Of a stretch of 64,000 nt of DNA, positions 55,501 to 64,000 are shown one piece after another (position 1 is the stretch's first letter; every line of letters begins with the position of its first letter). The stretch is from NCBI GenBank assembly GCA_030141605.1, contig JAQGDQ010000007.1:979173-1043172 (forward strand), written 5' to 3'. Under the pieces are notes generated by a model, which searched no databases, had not been told where the DNA came from, and worked only from the letters and a program-made list of their open reading frames with translations. Made by a program: the position numbers and the translations under genes. This DNA comes from Tubiluchus corallicola. Its lineage: Eukaryota; Animalia; Priapulida.

Positions 55501-58500
55501 AGAGATTTAATTTGATGTTAAGGTTAATTTGGTTTATTATTTATTACAGTGTTTACAATACTCGTCACAGAGTGGCGCACGAAATTCAGACGTCGAATGA
55601 ATTTACTTGATAATGAAACCAGAGCAAAAGGAGTTGATTCACTATTAAATTTTGAAACGGTATGCAGATTTCTAAATACGCATTTAAATATACAGATACC
55701 CATAGACATAGACATAGGCATGTTTATTTATCTCTTATAGTGCACATTTACATGAAATACATAGCTGATTAATCATATAAAATTTACATGAAAATAAGAG
55801 GAAGAATATATATTAATAAGTGATTACATGGGTGCAAGAGAAAGGGTAGCAAAATTAAAGGAAAAAGGGTACAATAACTAGTACCTGGTATATAGATAGC
55901 CTAGATATATAGTATATAATAAATAGAATATAGTTCCCCAGAAAGTCAGGTTTTTGCATAATATAAATTTGCATTTTCAACACAACTCATAACTTCTAAG
56001 CATTAATTTGTGTTGCTTAGGATTCTCCTGAACAGGTTTCCTTTTCTAACTTTGTTTTGCTTGTGTGTTTAGGTGAAGTATTATGGAGCAGAAGATTATG
56101 AAGTACAGCGTTACCGAGCAGCTATACTTAAATTTCAGGAAGCTGAGTACATATCCACAGCTTCTCTCAACCTACTCAATATGGTGCAAAGTTTTACGAT
56201 AAATGCTGGGCTGTTAGCTGGTTCTTTGTACTGTGCCTGGTTGGTCGTTGGTGGAAAAGGATTGACTGTTGGTGATTATGTGCTGTTTTCAACTTATCTG
56301 ATTCAACTGTATGTTCCACTGAATTGGTTTGGCACATATTACAGGTAGGACTGTTACTAATGTTCATTAATTGGAATCTTAGAGTGTAAGCTGATTTAGA
56401 AATTAGTGTCAGTTGATCATGAGAACTCAAAAACTGGCTGCATATATAAAAAAATTTCTACTGTTTGAAAATGTGATTTTAAGAGAGATCTAATTATGGT
56501 CAAGATGCAATTTTTTTAATCAGTTTAATCAATTGAAAGTTAATCTAATGAAATAGTGCAATGAAAAATGATCTTGAACATTTCTTTTGTTCACTAGGCG
56601 CCGTTTATTAGACTCACGGTTAATAGACTCAGTCGCCTAATTGACTCAAAAACGTCTGGTATCGGCCGCTCCTATTCAAATGTATATAAAAACTGTCGAT
56701 AATTGACTCAATTTTTCCTTCACATACTTAAAATAAGACACTTGTGTATGCCCAAAGATCTTTTACTGCTTTTATGTCAACTTTACGTCAATTTTGTGCA
56801 TTATTAATATACATAGAAACAGTTATGTTAGGTACAGTTTTTGTTTGTAAGCAGGCTCAGTATGTTTATCATATGCGTTAATGGTTTTGCTTTGAATCTG
56901 ACACCCCCTCATCCACCTGCAGTTAACCTTGTTGGTTCTGGAAGCTAAACATTTAATCAGTTGTCCAGCAGTTTGCTTTTGAAGTTCCTACTGCTTTTCA
57001 CAGGGGAAACAAGGTCATTGCCTACTGTAGTTCAAGCACTAAGTGACTAGGTGGCTTGCTTGAATATGTGCAGTATACAGCAACAGATTTTCAATGTTTT
57101 CATCATTATGAAATTTTATAAACTTCTGCGTGAAGAAGTGAAGCAACAAACCTTGAATATTCGTAATATTTAGTGGTAATAATCAGATTACCGAGATTTT
57201 TTATTTTCTTTTTTATAAATTCACTTATGCACATAGTGTTCTTAAATAATTGCACATCAATAGGAATTTTGACATTAATTCATTTCGAACATTCATTTAA
57301 AGCCTTTCCAATGCATACTATGGTGATGCCTGATTACTCATACTTCTATAGTAATAGGCTACACCCTTTCTAATTGAATTAATCAGTTAGTTGGGTCAAA
57401 ACACTTCCATCCCAAAGTGAGTCTATTAAAATGTAAAATGTTTATAAAACTTTTTTTGTTCTCCTACAGCACAAACATTGAACAAACTCACTTATCCAAA
57501 TACGTAAAATCCCAGATCCTTTGTTGGAACGCAAATTGCACTAAATTATAACTTGTGAAATTACTAGCAGCTAGCAGATTGAATGAACTTTTTCATGTGA
57601 ACAATGTAAGCCAAATTATATTAGCTAGCAGAAAGTATTTGAATTTTATGAGGCTAGGTAAATAAATATTTTGCGGAATTATACCTTCCAGTCATCCCAG
57701 CAAAATTTGAACAAAAAGTTTTTGGATAAAGTAGCAGAGGTACAAGAGTGCACATTTCACACGTATTTGATTATCATTTCTTTAGATGCAAGTGCTTTAT
57801 GTATTGTTTGTATTTATTTTTGGTATTTATGGTATTTTATTAAGTTACCAAAACTCATTTTTCAACAGGATGATACAGCAGTCCTTTATTGATATGGAGA
57901 ACATGTTTGATTTACTAAACCAGAAACAGGAAGTGCAAGACACACCTGATGCCTTAGACTTGCGTGTATCTAGTGGAAAAATAGAATTTAAAGATGTCTG
58001 CTTTCAATATGATGACAGGTCTGCAAGTTTTTACATATTGATGTTCAGCTAACAGAAAGTATTTGAATTTATAGGTTATAGGTTCTAGTGCTCTAGGTTA
58101 TTGTAGCTGCTACAAAACAAAATAAATTCAAATTGCTTTTGAATGCACACATTTGTTTAAATTCAAATATTTTTTTGATAATATGAAGTAGTTAGAAAAA
58201 ATTTAGAGTAAGTTTTCACATTAAATATCACATTGACACAGCGAGTTAAGTAAATTGTATTTAAGTGGCAATCAAGATTTACAACAAACTAACACTTCCA
58301 GAAAACAGCTTTTGAATATGAATATTTGAGCCTTCAAGAAGATGCAGTGTTGCTATAACATATGTACTTCCCACTCTTCCACTTTGGTTGTCATCCAGTT
58401 CAGTTCTCTGTTATTGTTGGTGAATAAATGTACTTATTTATTCGTTATAATAGTATTACGAGAGGGCCTATAGAAGAATTAATCACATCTTGTTTAACTA

Positions 58501-61500
58501 AGCAATTGATATATTGCTCCAAATATTATCTTTTATGGAGTTCTTTTAATTTTGCAATAACTAAATCACTTATATGGAGTGACACTCTTTATTCTGTTTC
58601 CCAACAACACTTCTCTCTCTTTGCCAAAATTGGTCACATTTGATAGTCTGTACTGCAGTATGTGGCTCAAGACCGCTAAGTGTAATTATTTGGCTCAGGA
58701 ACTTGTGATATTGCTTTTAAGATGTTTTGCAGATACTTCGTTATTGTTTTGTAAAGTTATTAAATTTTTCGTAATTGTTTATGTAGTTGAATTGAACTAT
58801 ACTTTTTTCTGATAATATGAATTTAGTTTAAGTATTTACCGTATATACTTATGTACAAGTCGAATTTTTGGGAGGCAATTTTCAAGGTGAAATTTTTGGA
58901 GTCGATTTATACTCACGATATGTTTTTGGGAGATGTTGCTAAAGAGTCGTCTACAATAGGAATATGTAAAGAAATAATCCTTCACTATATGCTGGACTGA
59001 ATGAACACTCATACTGTGATACTTCACATCAGAGAATGTTTGCATCTTGACATTACTTCACAAAATTAACAAATATTACTGTAATTTATTTTAATGTATG
59101 TGAAATTAAGTTAAAATTTATATATTACCAGTAAATAAACTAGCGACGGAGCACTTGATCAGAACATGGAATTGCTTATGATGTTACTGAATTAAACTGT
59201 GACGTTTCAGATATGAGTTTTTAGTTATAAGTGAGAAATCAGCGACTGAAATGTTACGACGGATCCTGACCGCTATATCCTAGAGTTAAAGGCATTACAA
59301 ACAAATTATGCACGATGAAAGGCCAGGCTGTATTATCTTGGATTGCATTGAGGGCCCTCAACATGAATACACACACACACACACACACACACCACACACT
59401 GGTTAGATATAATATACTTGGCCCAGGCACTTGTACGTATCTTACACACTAACACAGTAGGCTGCTATTGATTTATTACTCGGCCATTGTTGACATCATT
59501 TACTTTGGAAGATCTTAATATTTTATGGTGGAATTGTGCACAGGTAATATATAAAATGATGCAATTTTTGGTCTTAAAATGTACAACACCGACTCGTACA
59601 TAATGCTGACTTGTACACACGTATATATGGTATTTCCAGATTCTAGGAGTTTTTTTATTGTCTTTCCTGCTTAATTTAAGGGATCACTTCTGAAAAGCAT
59701 TTAGTATCAATTTTTTTCTTGTATTTGTGAAGGAGGCAAATATTGAAGTCTGTTTCGTTTACTGTCGAGCCTGGACAAACAGTGGCATTGGTATGTTTAG
59801 ATTTTTTAATCAGTAGCATTTGAATAATGCAGAGGTTTTTAAAAATTTAAAAACAGAGATTTATAGTTTAGCAGGACAAGCAGTATAAGATATCATGGGT
59901 ACAATACTCCTTCTAAGCTGTTTCATTTGTCGTACTGCCTGAGGGAAATATAGTCTTACTGAGACAGCATATACACAAATGTAGCTGAGATACTTTTGCT
60001 GGTCATGTGTTTTATCTTAGAGAATTATCCTGCTACGAGTTTGTATGTTGAGTAGGTCTTGGAACAGTGTGCTGGGTCTCAGCTCACTGAATGCTGAATT
60101 GCATGAAAAATACCATTAATCATTAATAATTGTGCAGTTAACATTTATATATCTGCAGTGATTTTATGGGTGAGTATTTTCTGATGCAGGTTGGTCATAC
60201 AGGAAGTGGAAAAAGCACCATTGTTCGTTTGATATTCAGGTTCTACGATGTAAATAGTGGCAGTATACTTATCGATGATCAAGATATCTCGCAGGTAATA
60301 TGAATGAGGATGCTAATTTATAAACTGGGCAGTGTGATGAATTAATTTATACTTTGAAGTCTACTATCTTTCGTGTGCACACTTATTAAAGTTTTTTGTA
60401 TGAGTGACTAATTTCTATATAATTGGCAGCGAGATGCTTTTCTATGAGTACTCTGAGTCTTATGTTGAAAAAGGTGGTCTCCTTTATGAGCACTTAACAT
60501 TAGCATTAGCACATTACCTTACTGTTTAAATTATGGAGCACACTATGTGCTGTAGAATGAATAATTTTTAAATTTCCCCATTTGAGCATTTTTATCACAG
60601 ATTCTACATTACTTTTTTTTACAGGTTAAACAGTCTTCTCTTAGAAAGACTATTGGCGTAGTCCCTCAGGATACTGTTCTTTTTAACGACAACATCATGT
60701 AAGTTTGTTTTGCCCAGTTATGTTATCTACTGCACATAAAAGCTAATATTGTGTGAGTTATTTGACTTCCTGAATGCCAAGTAACTGTTTTTAACTGTTT
60801 TCTAAACAAATTGAAATCCAAATAATTTTGAAAATTGGGTACTTTGATACCTCTATAAAAAGTTTTGCAACTTGCCATGTGAGATTAGTTATAGTCAGAA
60901 AAAGTACCATTATTCGGCTAGCAAGAAGTCAAACAAAAGCCTTCAAGCTTATTTTACTGTGATGATAACTGAATTGTCACATACTTGTCTTACTCAAGAC
61001 ACATATAATTAATATAATAAGAGAAGCCAGCCATGCAGTTGAGCATGACATCTGCTTTTACCCTATCCTGAATATTTGCGTGATGACTTGAGTACGCTTT
61101 ACATTTTCTTGCTTCTTATTTGGACATTGGATTGATGGTTGTCACATGGTAGCAAAGCCACTGCATTTTTAAGTTTGACAACCTTGATGTCAGGCAACGT
61201 GGGACACTTCGTAAATGTTTATGAATGTCTTTTTTCTGATGTCATCATTAAAAAAACACACCTGCCGATCATATGGTTTTCTTAATACATTCTCCTGGTG
61301 TTCACAGGTTTGAATGCACAAGCTCCATCAAAACTTAAAATGACTTTGATCTGATGCTCTAGCATTGTGATAACCTTGTCCAACTAAATATGTTTTTCAC
61401 AGGATTCTTAACTATGCCGAGTTTAAGTAAATTATTTGATTGACAAAACTGTGATAATGAGAAATTTTCTGGCATTGCTGGTTCAGTGCAAAAAAAAAAT

Positions 61501-63895
61501 TGTAAAAAACAGTACATTATTTTGTAATTTATGTGCTCAAAGTCTTCTGCTTCTTTATGCACATTTCTCTGTCTTAAATATTGTTTTTTATGTTTTGTAT
61601 TATCCAGGTACAATGTTAGGTATGGCCGAGTGACTGCAGAAGATGAAGAGGTGGAAAAGGCTGCGAGAGCTGCTGAAATACATGACAGGATAACTACATT
61701 TCCTGATGGTAGGTAGCACTAGTTGATGATAGCTGTTATAATAAGCTACTGTATTTCTGCCCTGTAAGATGCACTGACATATAAGTGGCACCCTCATTTT
61801 GTAGAGCAAAATCAAAATTAACAGATTTTTAGCCTCTGTTAGGTTTTAAACTCAGTAATGGCTCATGATTCACATTTACAATTTGCAGACGACTTTGTCC
61901 TGATTGTTTCTTTGAGTCACACTACCCAGTGCACAACTGCTAGTGTATCAAGTTACAAGATTGTGAGCTCTAGTCATTTCATATTTGCATGATAGAAGCG
62001 GTTGTATAAGACATAATTTAAAAGTTAAAAGTGGTTTTTAGCTTGACCTTCATCTGTAATCATTTAACCTGCAATAAAAGGTGCGCATGTCAATTGCCAT
62101 TAGTATATTTGCCTGTTATAAGTGCAGCAATAGCGTTGTCGTCTATATTAGGCCTCCTCAATAAGATCCAAGCTGCTTTTAGCATGGTTTTTGACTTTCT
62201 GCTGGAAAAAAGCACATTTCATGTGGTGAAAAATATGGTACACACCTGTGAAGGGCAGTGGTTTTAGTGGTTTAATATTGATGAAAATCCATGTATGTTA
62301 TAATAGTTGTAAACTGTTTGTTACAGGTTATGACACAACAGTAGGAGAACGTGGGTTAAAACTGAGTGGTGGAGAAAAGCAACGAGTGGCCATTGCTAGG
62401 ACGATACTGAAGGCTCCCCAGATTGTCTTGCTTGATGAGGTGAAGATTTCTTATACTTTTTCCCTAATTTTAGTAAAATCACTTATTACTTGAGATTTAA
62501 CAGTTTTGACTATCTAAGATAGCTTTGGTTTTGACATTAGCACAATTAACTCTCGAAAAAATTTTAATTGCAGTGAGTAGAACAAGTAAGAAAAGTTAAT
62601 GTCTATCTCATGGTTAGCATTTTGAACTTTTGTATAATGAACAACTTAAATATAAAACATCTTGCAAGCATTTTGGTTTTTGTACTGGAAAAGTAAAGGG
62701 ATGCTTATCTATGTGGAAGGGAAAGTTTTAGAAGCATGTGATGATTGCAAGTAGACATCAAAAAATTGATTGAAATTAAATGATTTATGCAGTTAGTAAG
62801 CTATAGTTCTTAAACTGGTTATCCTGATGGCAAACAAATATTTCAGATTGAAAGTATGAACATGTGCTGTTTTAAATATAATTTCAAGAAACAAGGTTTT
62901 TAATTTGCTGGGTGAAATTTTGTTTTATAATATTATATTACTGCTGTACTATGTATGTGAGTTCTTAATTTAGGCTAATTTTGTGGAGTTATTAATGTAG
63001 GTATTATTTTTTAAAAACAATTGAGCCTATGAATTGCAAAAATTAACATAAATGAATAGTAGTTCTAAATTTCGATAGTTGCTCGCAAACAGCTTACAAA
63101 TAAAAAATTTCAAATTATATTTAGGAATAGTAGTGTAAGGCATAGTTCACAGTACAACACTGTATGGTACAAACGACAATACTGACATTATTTAATTACT
63201 TAGCTAAACAAAGGCTTAGCAATGTATGCTGTGCTACCAAAACAGTATTCACAGATCACTTTTATTCATAATTCATTGTTGTTCCATAGCAGTGTGTGAA
63301 TACAAATAATCTCGAAAATAAATCACGACTTGAATATCGATGTGTTTACAAATAGTACCACTATATACTGTTTTTGCTGGGAGGCAAAGGCACATTAATA
63401 ACACGATTATATTAATATTCATATTGTGCACCATTAGCAGTTTTCGCTGTGGGAATAATCACAGTTTTCACTTTGTAAATAGCAGTGTTATGCATTAGTC
63501 ACTGTTTTAACTGTCTGAATAGCTTTAGCTGATACAATGGTCACTACTTTCATACATATCATACACCAGATTGCAGTCTTCACTATGTGAACAGGTATAT
63601 TTTGCAAGTTTTCACTGTATAAATAAAATCCCTCTGTTCCTTTTCCATTTCTTTATTGTTGGGTATTTGTTAATTAAAAGTAAAAAGTAAATAGTAAATA
63701 TAGTATAGTGCTTAATGATATTTAATGAACTAGTGGTGTGATATTTTGACTGTGAGTATCTTGTCTAGTTTTTTGATTAATTCATATGCATATTTGACAG
63801 GCAACATCTGCTTTGGATACTAAAACTGAGCGAGCAATTCAGTCGTCTTTAGCAAGGGTTTGCGCAGGAAGAACCACTTTGGTAGTGGCTCACAG
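49460..63895 (+). CDS. ABCB6: ATP-binding cassette sub-family B member 6 (HMT-1 type half transporter); 19 coding exons in the window, 3' end beyond the window
   Basis: All exons join in frame with GT-AG junctions. Motifs: TMD0 N-terminus [78 protein letters not shown], Walker [10 protein letters not shown]-loop VPQD, signature LSGGEKQR, Walker B LLDEATSALD and H-loop VAHR. Confidence 0.97.
49933..50015 (+). CDS. ABCB6: ABCB6 coding exon 2
   Basis: [27 protein letters not shown]; phase 1-0. Confidence 0.85.
50428..50494 (+). CDS. ABCB6: ABCB6 coding exon 3
   Basis: [22 protein letters not shown]; phase 0-1. Confidence 0.8.
50838..51063 (+). CDS. ABCB6: ABCB6 coding exon 4
   Basis: [23 protein letters not shown]...EEWWF; donor gtaagt. 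Confidence 0.92.
51534..51687 (+). CDS. ABCB6: ABCB6 coding exon 5
   Basis: [22 protein letters not shown]. Confidence 0.92.
52114..52324 (+). CDS. ABCB6: ABCB6 coding exon 6
   Basis: [30 protein letters not shown]...RGLNVLVP. Confidence 0.9.
52885..52974 (+). CDS. ABCB6: ABCB6 coding exon 7
   Basis: VDSLTG...[12 protein letters not shown]. Confidence 0.93.
53408..53510 (+). CDS. ABCB6: ABCB6 coding exon 8
   Basis: [33 protein letters not shown]. Confidence 0.95.
53868..53957 (+). CDS. ABCB6: ABCB6 coding exon 9
   Basis: [29 protein letters not shown]. Confidence 0.96.
54721..54842 (+). CDS. ABCB6: ABCB6 coding exon 10
   Basis: [20 protein letters not shown]...WFGLIVF. Confidence 0.96.
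55550..55659 (+). CDS. ABCB6: ABCB6 coding exon 11
   Basis: [32 protein letters not shown]. Confidence 0.96.
56073..56344 (+). CDS. ABCB6: ABCB6 coding exon 12
   Basis: [11 protein letters not shown]...LTVGDYVLF...PLNWFGTYY. Confidence 0.97.
56598..57433. mobile_element. Probable pogo/Tigger-like non-autonomous element in an ABCB6 intron
   Basis: tagactcac / taattgactca sub-terminal repeats on the left and inverted gtgagtctattaa on the right; TSD not clear. Confidence 0.5.
57869..58018 (+). CDS. ABCB6: ABCB6 coding exon 13
   Basis: [16 protein letters not shown]...[12 protein letters not shown]. Confidence 0.96.
59369..59399. repeat. (AC)n microsatellite
   Basis: About 14 AC units in an ABCB6 intron. 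Confidence 0.9.
59733..59790 (+). CDS. ABCB6: ABCB6 coding exon 14
   Basis: [19 protein letters not shown]. Confidence 0.93.
60190..60294 (+). CDS. ABCB6: ABCB6 coding exon 15 (Walker A)
   Basis: [35 protein letters not shown]. Confidence 0.96.
60625..60698 (+). CDS. ABCB6: ABCB6 coding exon 16 (Q-loop)
   Basis: [24 protein letters not shown]. Confidence 0.96.
61608..61708 (+). CDS. ABCB6: ABCB6 coding exon 17
   Basis: [33 protein letters not shown]. Confidence 0.96.
62327..62439 (+). CDS. ABCB6: ABCB6 coding exon 18 (ABC signature, Walker B)
   Basis: [37 protein letters not shown]. Confidence 0.97.
63801..63895 (+). CDS. ABCB6: ABCB6 coding exon 19 (D-loop, H-loop)
   Basis: [31 protein letters not shown]. 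Confidence 0.96.
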
Positions 63896-64000
63896 GTATA
63901 ACACAGTTGTCAGTGATTTTTTGCTGGGAAGGCTAATTTTTGTTTTACTCTTACATTTAGTATGGCTGCTGTTTTCCCTAATATTTAATAGGCTACATTT

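Noticed and set aside
60190-60216. Walker A GHTGSGKS as a degenerate ATPase site
   Set aside because: It still fits GxxGxGKS, and the signature, Walker B, D-loop and H-loop are all intact.

Overview
AT-rich, intron-rich animal genomic DNA (probably an invertebrate deuterostome; the taxon cannot be fixed from sequence). Most ORF-track entries are spurious; real genes appear only after splicing. Three + strand genes were built by hand from GT-AG junctions with matching phases. Two are tandem paralogous 12-Cys Ly6/uPAR (three-finger, LYPD6-like) genes: gene A (exons 18314-18445 and 21599-21852; signal exon not found) and gene B (exons 27378-27441, 34972-35103, 35946-36229). The third is ABCB6/HMT-1, with 19 coding exons from 49460 that run off the right edge. 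The rest is dense transposon debris: a decayed near-full-length LINE split by a solo LTR, RTE and CR1 fragments, nested hAT elements, Academ-like ends, foldback-type MITEs and microsatellites. The most unusual structure is in intron 1 of gene B: two different PIF/Harbinger families each form a head-to-head inverted pair joined 12-13 bp upstream of the transposase start-codon position. Next to them is a very recent 901-bp tandem duplication with a templated junction insert.
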